From NCBI GenBank assembly GCA_965248925.1, contig CBDFLE010000004.1:64001-128000 (forward strand): 64,000 nucleotides of DNA. Direction: 5' to 3'. This document shows, in pieces, positions 50,563 to 61,275 of the stretch (within the stretch, counting starts at the first letter, position 1; every line of letters starts with the position of its first letter). The notes beneath the pieces were generated by a model. That model searched no databases and was not told the origin of the DNA. It worked only from the letters and a program-made list of their open reading frames with translations. Source of the DNA: Candidatus Multivoradales bacterium. GTDB lineage: Bacteria > Acidobacteriota > Thermoanaerobaculia > Multivoradales > J023. The position numbers and the translations under genes were made by a program.

Positions 50563-50782
50563 GGGAACTCCTGAATGGCAATGTTGGAATATTGCTATTG
50601 ATCAACTTATATTCTCTCAACCTACGCTTGCAAATCAAGACATCGGACTTGGCCAATTCGAATTCGCGGCTGCGATCTGTTGCAGTGGAAGGGCTTATTA
50701 GACCTTCTGAGGTTGGGATAAGGGCTCGGCACAAGCTTGAAGTCCGCTACCGAGGCTGACTCACCTTGTCCGGGTCGCCCCA

Positions 50783-51080
50783 ATCGGGAAGTCGGGGGCC
50801 CACGCCCCCCCCCCCTCCCTACTTCCCACACCACCGTGCGTACGGTTCCGTGCACGGCGGTTCAAGTTCGACAGTTCAGCCTTCGATGTTCTTGAATGAG
50901 GCTGACGAGTCCGAGCTGTGGGAGCCATCGCGTGGGCACGGCGCGATGCATGTGGGGAGTCCTGGCATTCCACCAGGGGCCCCGACAGTTGTAGGACGTG
51001 ATGCGGGCCTGGTCACGGGGCAGGCCCCGCTTCCTCAGCTCCTTGGCTCGGATCCGTGGCTTCTCCCACTGGCGCCGCCG
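50783..51080 (-). mobile_element. Truncated class C group II intron (maturase C-terminus, domains V and VI)
   Basis: Domain V GAACCGCCGTGCACGGAACCGTACGCACGGTGGTGT, 3' end CCCGAT; upstream frame RQWEKPR…RGPWWNA…LGLVSL. Confidence 0.9.
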
Positions 51081-51385
51081 AATTGGGGGGCTTCAGCGCT
51101 CGGGCATGTGCCTCACATCTGGAGCGCGGCTTCCCCAGGGTCACGGCCATTGAGAGCGTAGACTTGGTTGATCGTGCAAGACAATCCAGGTGCAGGATCG
51201 AGAGCACCGAGCAAGATCAGGACAATGGACCACTGGGCTGAATGCGACATGGCAGGGTCTCCTGGAGTGAGTTACTGTTGGGGGCGACTTCATGCTATTA
51301 AAGCATTTCTGATTGGCGATGCGGTCTTCTATATCGGCTTTCTGAGTGTCGCTCAACCCGGATCGCCAGCTGATAGGATCGCCGC

Positions 51386-51928
51386 ATGACGAACAGCTCT
51401 CTCAGCTCGACCCTGGCGCCGCTGGTCCTGCCCGAAGCCGATGGCGAAGCGACTCGTCTCGGTGATCTGTGGCAGGATTCGCCCGTGGTGCTGGTTTTTC
51501 TGCGCCACTACGGCTGAATATTCTGCCGTGAGCATGTCGCGCAGTTGCGTGACTTCGAGCCGCAGATCCGCCAGGCTGGTGCCAGCGTTGCCGCCGTTGG
51601 CCTGGGTAATTCGCACTATGCCCGCACTTTTCGCGAAGAAAGCGGCATTACCTTTCCCTTGCTGGTCGACAAGCAGCGCCAGGCCTACCGCGCGGCCAGT
51701 TTGCAGGCCGCCAGCTTGAGTCATTTGCTGCGTGGCGACAACTTTGCTGCCCGCCGCCGGGCCAAGGCCGCGGGCCATCGTCAGCACCGGTTGGGCAAGG
51801 ATCCGCTACAGTTGGGGGGAAGCTTCGTCTTTGCCCCCGGCGATATCGACCTTTTCGTCCACCTGAGTGAGACCTTCGGCGACAACGCCGAGCTGGCAGA
51901 CGTGGTCGCTGCCTTGCCGGCCAGCTGA
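51386..51928 (+). CDS. Peroxiredoxin-like (AhpC/TSA) selenoprotein, UxxC
   Basis: FLRHYG-TGA-IFCREH; TGA at 51515-51517 in frame; QLGGSFV; downstream hairpin. Confidence 0.85.
51536..51553 (+). promoter_or_regulatory. Candidate bacterial SECIS hairpin
   Basis: GTCGCGC-AGTT-GCGTGAC beginning 18 nt after the TGA. Confidence 0.65.
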
Positions 51929-52014
51929 GGCTGGTCCGGGATTTCTACCCCACTCGTCAAATACATTCGGCAAACACCGTCGCGGCAAACACTGTCGCAA
52001 TGAGGAGAGAAGTC

Positions 52015-54059
52015 ATGTTCCGAGCATTCCTGGTAGGGCTGCTGCTGCTGCCCATGGCGGCCCTGGCGCAAGCGCCGCTAGCGCACCATTTCGTCGAGCT
52101 GCAAGTCGATTCCGGCGACATTCGCAACCGCGGTGGTGAGCGTACAGTCACTTTTTCGCAGACCTTGAGGGTGGAAGGCGCGACTTGGTTGCGGCTCTAC
52201 TTCACCGAGGCCAGCTTGGGTCTTGTCGCAGGGCGTCCGCGGGCGTCGGTGCTCCGACTCACTTCACTACTGGATGGGGCGGTGCAAGAGCACGATTGGC
52301 AGAGCTTGCGGCAGTGGCGCCAGTCTTCGGCCTTCTTCAACGGTGACGCGGTGCGGGTGGAGTTGGTCGCTGATCCCGACGCGCCTGCCAGTCGTCTGCG
52401 GATCCACGAGGTGATGGTTGGCGAACCGGCTCTCTTTGGCAGCAAGACAATCTGCGGTGCTCTTGACGATCGTCTGCTGAGCAATGACCAACGGGTGGCG
52501 CGCATTGTGCCGGTGGGCTGCACGGCTTGGTTGATCGACGATGCCGAAGGCTGCTTTCTGACCGCTGGCCACTGCGTGGGTGATAACTTTGATGTTATTG
52601 AGTTCAACGTCCCTCTGTCCGCTGCCGACGGTTCGGTCAACCATCCGCAACCCAGCGATCAATATGCGATCGATCAGAGTTCGTTGCAGTGGGATCAGAC
52701 GGTCATTGGCAATGACTGGGCATATTTTGGAGGTTTCCCCAATTCGGAGACTGAACTCACCCCGCGGGAAGTGCAGGGAGTTACCTACACCCTCGGTACG
52801 CCGCCGGCAGTGGTCGGAAGCGAGAGCATTCAAATCACCGGCTATGGATCTACCACCGGCACTCAGGGTACTCCCCTGACCTGGGACCAGGTGCTGACCA
52901 CTCACAGCGGGCCGCTGAGCAGTGTCAGTGGCACGGTGCTGCGGTATCGCACCGATACCACCGGGGGTGATTCGGTTCGGCGGTGCTTAATTTGAGCAAC
53001 GGCCTGGCGATCGGCATTCACACCAACGCCGGGTGCACCGCTGGCGGCGGCTCCAACAGCTCCACCTCGCTGGCCAACGCGGGGGTCAGCAGCGCGCTGG
53101 TCGTGCCCATAGGAATCTTTGCCGCGGGGGCGCCGCCGCTGCGGCTGAGCCTGACCTCGGAGTTGCCGGCGCCGGCGCCGCCCGAGGGCTTTACTGTCGA
53201 CGTGGCGGTGGTCGATCGCTTGGGGGATCCCGCCGCGGCGACTTCGGCGACCTTGGTGTATGACGTTGGCGGTGGTGATCAAATGCTTGCCATGAATGAC
53301 CTTGGCGGCGGCCTCTGGCGGGCCATTTTGCCGCCGCAGACCTGTGGTGACGAGGTCTTGCTCCGAGTCAATGTCGAGGCCGCTGGCGGTGCTCTGATCC
53401 GCCACCCGTTTGCCGCCGAGGGTTCTGCCGACCGGCGCTATCGGCGGCGGCTGGTGAGTGGTTTCCTGGCCGTTTTTCGTGACGACTTCGAGACCGATCA
53501 GGGGTGGGCGGTGGAGAATGACGGCTCTTTGACTGCCGGTGCCTGGGAGCGCGGAGCCCCAGCGGGCTACGGTCTGCGCCAAGACCCGCCGTGGGATGCT
53601 GACAGCTCCGGCCAGTGCTTTCTGACGTCAGCGCCGGGAGGCAACACCGATGTCGATGGCGGTGCCACCCGCTTACTCTCACCTTTGATGGATGGCACCC
53701 AGGGGGCCGATCCCCACCTCACCTACTGGCGCTGGTGGTCCGACGCCGGGGCCAGCGATGATGCCTTTGTCGTCGAGCTGTCGAATGATGATGGAGCGAG
53801 CTGGGTCACCCTCGAGACCTTGACCTCCGGCGCTGCAAGCGGCTGGGTGCGGCGGATTTTTCGGGTCGCTGACTTCGTCACTCCCAGCGATCAGCTGCGC
53901 CTACGGTTTACCGCCGAGGATACCGGCGGCGGCGATGTGATCGAGGCTGGGGTTGACGGCGTGGCGCTGAGGGACGGCGCCGAAGGCTGGTCTTGCATGG
54001 GCGATATCTTCGCCGATGGCTTCGAGGCCGGCGATACGACCAGCTGGACGTTCAGCTAG
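52015..54059 (+). pseudogene. Secreted trypsin-like serine protease with FADGFE tail, frameshifted (or a sequence error)
   Basis: Signal peptide, TAGHC, NDW; GGDS|GSAV split by one missing base near 52973. Confidence 0.85.
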
Positions 54060-54096
54060 GGCTGATTCAGGTCGACTTCAAGTCAAGCCACCAATG

Positions 54097-54129
54097 AAAA
54101 ACGGCGCGATCTCGTTAGAGACCGCGCCG
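54097..54129 (-). terminator. Intrinsic terminator of the RRM gene
   Basis: CGGCGCG(A)TCTC/GAGA(C)CGCGCCG stem with T5 on the minus strand. Confidence 0.75.
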
Positions 54130-54153
54130 CTGGATTTTCAGGCTGCTACTGGC

Positions 54154-54477
<324 letters not shown>

Positions 54478-54810
54478 CTGCTTCTCCTGTCCGTCCCTCA
54501 GGGACGGAAAGTCTTAGGTTGCCGGCATTAGCCGACGCGTACTCATATCGGGCACAAATCCAAGGATGGTCACTTGCTCGGTCTCGGGAAGGACGGTATC
54601 TTGAAGAGTCTCTTCGGGAGGTGGGAGGTTGCTTGCAGTCCGTTGGCTGAACCCAACTTGCGTAAACCTTAGCAGGCTCTTCTTGGCCTGGCAATACATT
54701 ATTTGTATTTCTTGCCAGGGGTCCCCTTCTCGGCGCGGTTAGGCGTGCTGCCCATGGCAGCTTGGAGGACCTAGCTTGCGGCCTCTGACAGGGCTGGGTA
54801 AGCTGCTGCA

Positions 54811-56859
54811 ATGGGTTGGAAGACTAGTGCGTGCTTGCTTTCGGTGATGCTCTTTGGCGTCCAGCTCCTGGCCTGTCGAGAGCCGGTGGAGGAGAGGTCG
54901 GGGCCGCTTGCGGAGGCCTTGGAACAGCCACCAACGCTGGTTCTGGTGACTCTCGATACTACTCGTGCCGATGCCGTTGGCTATGCTAACAAGGATCTCG
55001 AGACGCCTGCGTTGGATGCCCTGGCCAAAAGGGGGGTGGTTTTCAACCAGGCTTATACGACAGCGCCGATGACCCTACCGGCCCACGCTTCGATGTTCAC
55101 CGGCCAGCTGCCGTCCAGCCACGGTGTGCACGAGAACGCACGTTATTTGCGGACCGAGGAGAAGCTGCTCGCCGAACGCCTACGACAGCTGGGTTACCGC
55201 ACCGCGGCCTTTGTTTCTGGGTTTCCGCTACGCCGTCAGTTCGGCCTGGCACGGGGCTTCGAACTCTACGACGACGACTTCGGCGGTGCTGCCGAACGCG
55301 ATGCCAGGGCAACCACCGACCGCGCCCTTGCCTTCTTGCAGCGCCACGGCCAAGAGCCGCTCTTTCTTTGGCTGCACTACTTCGATGCCCACGATCCCTA
55401 CAGGCCGCCCGAGCCTTTTCGTTCGCGCTATGCCGCGCAACCCTATCTCGGCGAGATAGCCTACCTCGACAGCCAGCTGGGCCGGTTGATAGAGGCCCTC
55501 GAGCTGAAATTTGGCCAGCGGTTGCGGCTGCTAGTGGTGGGCGATCACGGCGAGGGACTGGGTGATCACGGCGAGGCATTGCACGGCCATTTGCTCTACC
55601 AGGGGGTGATGCGAGTGCCGTTGGTGGTTGTCGGAGGAGTCCAGGCGGCGCAGATCGAACGGCCGGTGAGCACGCGGCGGGTATTTGACACCCTTCTAGG
55701 CTGGGCCACCGGAGAGGGGATGGGTGGTTTGCTCGATGGCGTTGGGGAAGTGGTGCTCGGGGAGGCGATGAAGCCTTATTTGCAGTATGGCTGGCAGCCA
55801 CAGGTGATGGCAGTCGATGGTTCCACCAAAGCGATTCGCTCCGACCGGATCGAGATTTTTGATGTCGCGCGCGATCCGCTGGAGAATCGAGATCTGGCGC
55901 CTTCGACTGAGCTTTCCGGCCGGCTTCGCCGGGCCTTGACCAGCTACCCTCTACCGACCAGCCCAGGTCCAGCGGGCGAGATCAGCGCCGAGGATCGGGA
56001 GCAGCTCGCTAGCCTGGGCTACGTCGGTGGTGGGCAAGCACCCGGTCTCCCGCGGGCCGAGGCGCCGGCGGCTCGCGATATGACCCGTCTATTCGCCGAC
56101 CTCGACTTGGGTGCAGGGCTGTTCATCGCCCGGCGCTACGCCGAGGCGGTGCCGGTTTTCGAGCGCCTGGCGGCGGCCGACGGCAGCAATCCGACTACTT
56201 TTCTGCGTCTGGCCGTGGCCCATTCGGCGCTGGGAGAGGATCATCGCGCGCAAGGCGACTTCGAGCGTGCGCGGCGGATTGATCCCAGCTCTCTCGATCT
56301 GCGTCACTATCAGGCCCTGCATCATTTGCGCATGGGTCGCTGGAGCGCGGCCGAGCCGTTGTTGGTCAGCGTCGTCGCCGAAGCCCCTAAGCGCTTGCCG
56401 GCGCTTGCGGGCCTGGCGGCGGTGCGCGAGCGCCAGGGTCGTCAGTCAGAGGCGGCCGAGCTGCTGCAGCGGGTGACCGAACTGGACCCGAGGGCGGCCG
56501 ATGCCTGGCTCAAGCTCGGCCAGTTGCGCATGGGGGAGGGCAGCACACCCTTGGCCGTGGACGCTCTCGAACGCGCCAGCGAGCTAGATCCAGAGAACTT
56601 TCCGGCCGATCTCGAACTCGCCGTGCTCTACATGGCCAGCGGTCGGCTGCAAGAGGCCAGTGAGCGTCTCGACCGGGTCCGGTCCGACAGCCAGGGCTGG
56701 CCCATGGCGTTGTTCAAGCGCGCTCAGATCAGCGTCTTGCTGGGCGACAGTGACAGCGCGGAGCGGATTGGCGCCGCCCGTCGCCATGCCGATGCGGTGA
56801 CCGGCCCGCTGATCGAGCGCGAAGCGTTGTTCCGCGCTCCTGCATCGGCCGTCAACTAG
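54811..56859 (+). CDS. Sulfatase-like hydrolase with TPR repeats, probable lipoprotein
   Basis: LLAC lipobox, TLDTTRAD, TLPAHASMFTG, GDHGE; C-terminal TPRs. Confidence 0.88.
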   Translation: MGWKTSACLLSVMLFGVQLLACREPVEERSGPLAEALEQPPTLVLVTLDTTRADAVGYANKDLETPALDALAKRGVVFNQAYTTAPMTLPAHASMFTGQLPSSHGVHENARYLRTEEKLLAERLRQLGYRTAAFVSGFPLRRQFGLARGFELYDDDFGGAAERDARATTDRALAFLQRHGQEPLFLWLHYFDAHDPYRPPEPFRSRYAAQPYLGEIAYLDSQLGRLIEALELKFGQRLRLLVVGDHGEGLGDHGEALHGHLLYQGVMRVPLVVVGGVQAAQIERPVSTRRVFDTLLGWATGEGMGGLLDGVGEVVLGEAMKPYLQYGWQPQVMAVDGSTKAIRSDRIEIFDVARDPLENRDLAPSTELSGRLRRALTSYPLPTSPGPAGEISAEDREQLASLGYVGGGQAPGLPRAEAPAARDMTRLFADLDLGAGLFIARRYAEAVPVFERLAAADGSNPTTFLRLAVAHSALGEDHRAQGDFERARRIDPSSLDLRHYQALHHLRMGRWSAAEPLLVSVVAEAPKRLPALAGLAAVRERQGRQSEAAELLQRVTELDPRAADAWLKLGQLRMGEGSTPLAVDALERASELDPENFPADLELAVLYMASGRLQEASERLDRVRSDSQGWPMALFKRAQISVLLGDSDSAERIGAARRHADAVTGPLIEREALFRAPASAVN

Positions 56860-57868
56860 AAAGACCTCCAGGTGGGGCCGGGCCGAGTGCTTCGCTGAGC
56901 GCGACATGGCGTTTCTCGGGTCCAACCTCGGAGGCGCTGGCGAGAGCTGGTGGAACGACCAGCAGGCTCGCTGTGGAGCGGCGAATAACATCGCTGGCGA
57001 CGCTGCCGAGGAGCAGTCGTTGAAAGCCGCTGCGGCCGTGGGTGCCAAGTAGGATCAGTTCGGCCGAGATCTGCTCAGCGGTTTCGAGAATCTCCTGTCG
57101 TGGGTACCCCTGCCGCACTTCGGGTCGCAGGTCGTTGGCAGTTTGGCTGGCGAAGCGACTCAAGAACTCCCGCAAATGCTCTTCGCCCAGGCGACCTATC
57201 TCGTCCGCGGTGATCGCGGCACCCTGGCTGGAGGCTTCGGGACTGTAGAAGTCCGGCAACTCGACCACCAGCAACACATCGACTTGGGCCGCGGTGTCGA
57301 CCTGCCAACTAGCCAAGGTCGCCAACCCCCGGCGAAGAGAGTCCTCGCTCAAATCGGAGAGATCCACCGGCGCTAACATTCGCTTGGGGGCACTGGTGAA
57401 GCCGTCTTTGACCACCAACACTGGGCAGGTGGCTCGACGCAGCACTCGATCGGCGGTCGAGCCCAGGGTGAGTAAGCTGCGCTGTTCGTGCGCTCCTACA
57501 ACGATCAGATCGCAGCCGAGTTCTTCGGCTCTGGTGATCAGCGTGCGATGGGCTGCCCCGGTCTCAATGGTGATCTCCGGCCATTCACCTTCGTCGAGGC
57601 CGATGCGCCGCAGCTGTTCTTCGGCGCGGGTACGGCGAAAGCTGCTTTCGCTCTTCAGGGTTTGGATATCGCCCATGCCCATGCCGACTCCCAGCGGTGG
57701 GCCATAGTAGGCGGCTGGCAGTGGGAAAGCGTGAAACACATGTAGCTCGGCGCCGCTGGCTTGAGCAATCTGCAGGGCCGCGGCGATCACCTGGTCGCTG
57801 ACTTCACTGAGCGAGGTCGCTACCAGTATCTTCGTGGTCGGCGTGGACGGTTTGGAGCTGGTTCCCAT
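56852..57868 (-). CDS. Universal stress protein, tandem domains
   Basis: LIVVGAH…LGSTADRVL; LGTHGRSG…LGSVASDV. Confidence 0.92.
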   Translation of the reverse strand: MGTSSKPSTPTTKILVATSLSEVSDQVIAAALQIAQASGAELHVFHAFPLPAAYYGPPLGVGMGMGDIQTLKSESSFRRTRAEEQLRRIGLDEGEWPEITIETGAAHRTLITRAEELGCDLIVVGAHEQRSLLTLGSTADRVLRRATCPVLVVKDGFTSAPKRMLAPVDLSDLSEDSLRRGLATLASWQVDTAAQVDVLLVVELPDFYSPEASSQGAAITADEIGRLGEEHLREFLSRFASQTANDLRPEVRQGYPRQEILETAEQISAELILLGTHGRSGFQRLLLGSVASDVIRRSTASLLVVPPALASASEVGPEKRHVALSEALGPAPPGGLSS

Positions 57869-58013
57869 GGCCTGACCTCCTGATTCGAGTTGCGTGACTG
57901 TGTGCCACGAGTTGAGACTAGGGGGGTGGGTCGGGTGCTACCAGACGCATCGGAGTAGCCAGCCGATCATCGGTGGGCGGGTTGAGCCTGCCTGTCGAGG
58001 TAGGGCCTGACGA

Positions 58014-58040
58014 GAAACGGCGCCCCGTGGGGCGCCGTTG
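58014..58040 (-). terminator. Terminator of the TonB receptor gene
   Basis: AACGGCGCCCC-GT-GGGGCGCCGTT. Confidence 0.7.
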
Positions 58041-58063
58041 AAGGGGAGCGAACTAGCTCTCGA

Positions 58064-60970
58064 TCAGAACTCGAACTTCAGTGCTACCTGGAAACGGCGC
58101 GGGTCGAAGAAGGACCGCGCGGTGCCAAAGTTGGCGCTGTTGCGCTTGTTCTGGATGTTGTAGCCGGTCTGCTTGTCGAATAGGTTGAAGACATCGCCTC
58201 GTAGTTCGAGGTCGTAGCGGCCGGCGAACTTGAAGTGGTGGGTGTAGTTCAGATCGACCTGGTAGTGATCGCTGGTGGTGTTCGAACCGGCGGGCTCGGC
58301 GAAGCGACTAGTGTCGCTCGAGCTACCTGTCAGATGGCGGTAGACTTCCACGTCCCAGGCTTCCCACGGTTGCCCCGACTGGGCGATGGCGAAGATGCCG
58401 ACGCTGCCGTCCCACTTGAAGTTGTAATAGCCGAACATCTTCAACTGGTGGCGGCGGTCACCGCGCAGGTTGCCTTCACGGAAGTTCCACAGCTGACGTC
58501 CGGCTCCATCGGCGATAAACGACGAACCGACGAAGGTGTTGGCATCGTTGGAGGTAGTGGAGTTGTCCTGGTCGAAGTTGCCGTAGTAGTGACTCCAGAC
58601 GTAGGAACCTTTGAAGTAGGCATTGGTGCCTCGCCACTCGGCGTCGAAGCTGGCTTCGTAGTACTTGGTGAAGGCGCCATCGAGCTGGGCGATGACGTAG
58701 GACGAGCCGCCGACTTCGTCGCGGAAGTCTTGCAGATTCGGAATGTAGTCCTCGGTCGGAATATCCGACGGCGGCTCGAAGCGGCTGCGAGCATTGTTGT
58801 TGGTGTCTTCCCAGAAGTTGTCGCCGTAGCGGTAACGGACGTGGGCCTTGGCGGTCCAGTTTGAGCCCAGCTGTCGCGAATGGCCAATGATGTACTCGTC
58901 GATCGAGCGCGGATCGATGCCTTCTTCGAAGAACTTACCGGAGGAGGAGCGCACCGGATCGGTGCCGATCAGGTTGCCCGAGGCGTCGAAGAAGGCGCGA
59001 ATCGAGCGCCGGTTGTTGCGCGCCCAAGATGCCGCTCGCGGTAGCGAGCTGGCCGCCGGGTAGTACTTCGACCAGCTAGCGTAGACGGTGTCGCGGCCGT
59101 TGTAGCTCCAGGTGGCACCGAAGCGGGGCGAGAGCAGATCTTCGAAATCATCCTCGTGCATCAGGTAGCGGTTGGTCGGCGCCACCTCGAAGCCCGAGAC
59201 GTTGGACGAGTTCTCGCGCAGCCCCTGGCCGTAAAGCTTGTCGTTGGACATCAAGACGCCGAAGTTGAAGGTCCAATTGTTGAGCTTGAGCACATCATTG
59301 ATCTCGATCGACTGCGATTCGAACTGCGAATTGATGGCCGGAATCAGCTCACCATTGCTGCCGAGCAGGCTCTGCTGTTCGAAGCGGGCCTCGAAGAACA
59401 CCTGCTCACCATTGAATTCCGTACGCCCGCCAGGCACGGTGATCGAGCCCCAGCCGTTGGAAGTCCGCGAGAGATCCTCTTCGTCCCGCGACCATTGGTA
59501 GCCGATGTGCAGCTCATGCTTGCCGAGCAAGTAATCGTAGGAAACATCGAAATTCTCTCGCGCGAAGTCCTGATCACTGATCGTACTAGCGCCGCCCACC
59601 ACGCCGCCGCCGGTTCGCACGCCGTTGTCGAGAAAGCCGTATTGGTCGATCAGAGGTGCGATGAAGCTGTTGAACGCATCCTCACCATCCAGGGGCTGCG
59701 GCACCGCGAGGCGGCCTTGGGTGTCGAGAGAGCCGATGTTGAGCCCGGTACTGCCGTCGATGAAGATGGGGAAGTTGAACTGCGTGTCAGGACGTGAGGA
59801 GTTCTCACTCAGGAAGTCGGTATATTTGAAGTTGACGTAGCTGTTACCGTTGACCACCCAGCTACCTTCCACAATGGCGATCTCCAAGGCCGAGTCGGCA
59901 CCGGTGGAGGCGGTGCCAGCGGTCGACTGGCCGGCGACGCCAAAACCCGTGTCTTGACGATCCGAGTCGCGATAGCTGCCATTAACCAGCAGCGATGCAT
60001 TGGGGCTCCAGGTCAGCTTGCCGAAGACCTCATTGCGGTCGCTTTCAGAATCCGGCACCGGGCCGTAGTTGTTGGAGCGGTTGTCGCGGGTGGTGGTCGG
60101 TTTGTAGTACGAAGCGTAGAAGAACAGCTTGTCGGCGACGAGCGGGCCGCCCAGGTTGGCCACCAGCCAGTCGCGATCGCGCTCAAATTCGGCGTCGCTG
60201 CCGGTATCGCGGTCACCGGTCATGCCGTCGGTCTGCACCTGGTAGCTCAGCAAGCCGTGGTAGGCGTTGGTGCCCGAACGGCTGATGGTGTTGACAGTGA
60301 AGCCGCCGGAGCGGTTGAAGCCGGTGGCGTCGGCGCCACCCTTGAGGATCGAGACCTGGGCGATATCGTGCGACGAGGGCTCGGCCGACAGGGTGCCGAA
60401 GAGGGGCAGGCCGACATTGACGCCGTCGAATTGATAGGTGTTGTCCTGGCCGCTACCCCCGGCGCTGGGGCCGCGGACGCTGTCCTCGCTGTACTGCACA
60501 CCAGGGATCAGTTTGATCAGATCGCGGTATTCCTGGCCTATCGGTAGTTGGTCGATGACATCTTGGTCGATCGAGGTCTTGAGTTCGGTCGAGCCCAGGT
60601 CGATCAGCGAGGCGGCGGCGATGACCTCGACCTCGTCTTCGATGGTGCCCAGATTCAAGGTGATGTCGACCACCGAGGTCTGCTGCAGCAGCACTCGGAC
60701 TTGCCGCTTGGCGGTCTCGAAGCCGCTGAGTTCGAAGGTCACCACGTAGGTGCCCGGCGGCAGCACCGGAAAGCGGTACGAACCATTGGCGCTGGTCACC
60801 GCGACCCGCGGGGTGGGCAGGACGTCGCCGTCGGCGACTACCGTTACCCCGGGCAAGCCACTGCCTGCGGAGTCTAGTACCTGGCCAGTGACGGAGCCAG
60901 ACTGCTGTGCAGCGGCGGGAATGGCGCCGAGCACCAGGAGAGCGACAAGCAAAGGCAACAATCTCTTCAT
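58064..60970 (-). CDS. Oar-like TonB-dependent receptor with carboxypeptidase-regulatory-like N-domain
   Basis: Signal peptide MKRLLP…AAAQ, LPGVTV, NTYQFDGVN plug, terminal LKFEF. Confidence 0.9.
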   Translation of the reverse strand: MKRLLPLLVALLVLGAIPAAAQQSGSVTGQVLDSAGSGLPGVTVVADGDVLPTPRVAVTSANGSYRFPVLPPGTYVVTFELSGFETAKRQVRVLLQQTSVVDITLNLGTIEDEVEVIAAASLIDLGSTELKTSIDQDVIDQLPIGQEYRDLIKLIPGVQYSEDSVRGPSAGGSGQDNTYQFDGVNVGLPLFGTLSAEPSSHDIAQVSILKGGADATGFNRSGGFTVNTISRSGTNAYHGLLSYQVQTDGMTGDRDTGSDAEFERDRDWLVANLGGPLVADKLFFYASYYKPTTTRDNRSNNYGPVPDSESDRNEVFGKLTWSPNASLLVNGSYRDSDRQDTGFGVAGQSTAGTASTGADSALEIAIVEGSWVVNGNSYVNFKYTDFLSENSSRPDTQFNFPIFIDGSTGLNIGSLDTQGRLAVPQPLDGEDAFNSFIAPLIDQYGFLDNGVRTGGGVVGGASTISDQDFARENFDVSYDYLLGKHELHIGYQWSRDEEDLSRTSNGWGSITVPGGRTEFNGEQVFFEARFEQQSLLGSNGELIPAINSQFESQSIEINDVLKLNNWTFNFGVLMSNDKLYGQGLRENSSNVSGFEVAPTNRYLMHEDDFEDLLSPRFGATWSYNGRDTVYASWSKYYPAASSLPRAASWARNNRRSIRAFFDASGNLIGTDPVRSSSGKFFEEGIDPRSIDEYIIGHSRQLGSNWTAKAHVRYRYGDNFWEDTNNNARSRFEPPSDIPTEDYIPNLQDFRDEVGGSSYVIAQLDGAFTKYYEASFDAEWRGTNAYFKGSYVWSHYYGNFDQDNSTTSNDANTFVGSSFIADGAGRQLWNFREGNLRGDRRHQLKMFGYYNFKWDGSVGIFAIAQSGQPWEAWDVEVYRHLTGSSSDTSRFAEPAGSNTTSDHYQVDLNYTHHFKFAGRYDLELRGDVFNLFDKQTGYNIQNKRNSANFGTARSFFDPRRFQVALKFEF

Positions 60971-61275
60971 TCGCGACCTAATCCTTTCGAAACGTCCCTG
61001 CGGCTGCTGATCCGGTTTCCCTTGCAGCGGCTTGGGTCCATGCAGATCAGCCGCCGGCAGAGGCCGTAAGTGATCCGAGCGATGACTTCTGATCCGCGGC
61101 AGGTTAGCACGTCGATTGAATGGCGGGCAACCATGCCGGCCGTTCGGAATGGCCTTCCAACTGGCCCTTTTGTGCGGTCGCCAGGGTACCTTCCGTTGGC
61201 TGCTAGGATGCCGCCTCCGATGCTCTACGAACCCTTCCCATTCCCTGCTGGCCGCTGCCATGGCGGAGCTACTTG

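Noticed and set aside
50783-51080. Retron or DGR diversifying the Rhs repeats
   Set aside because: No RT catalytic domain; Rhs repeat differences are mostly synonymous and not adenine-specific
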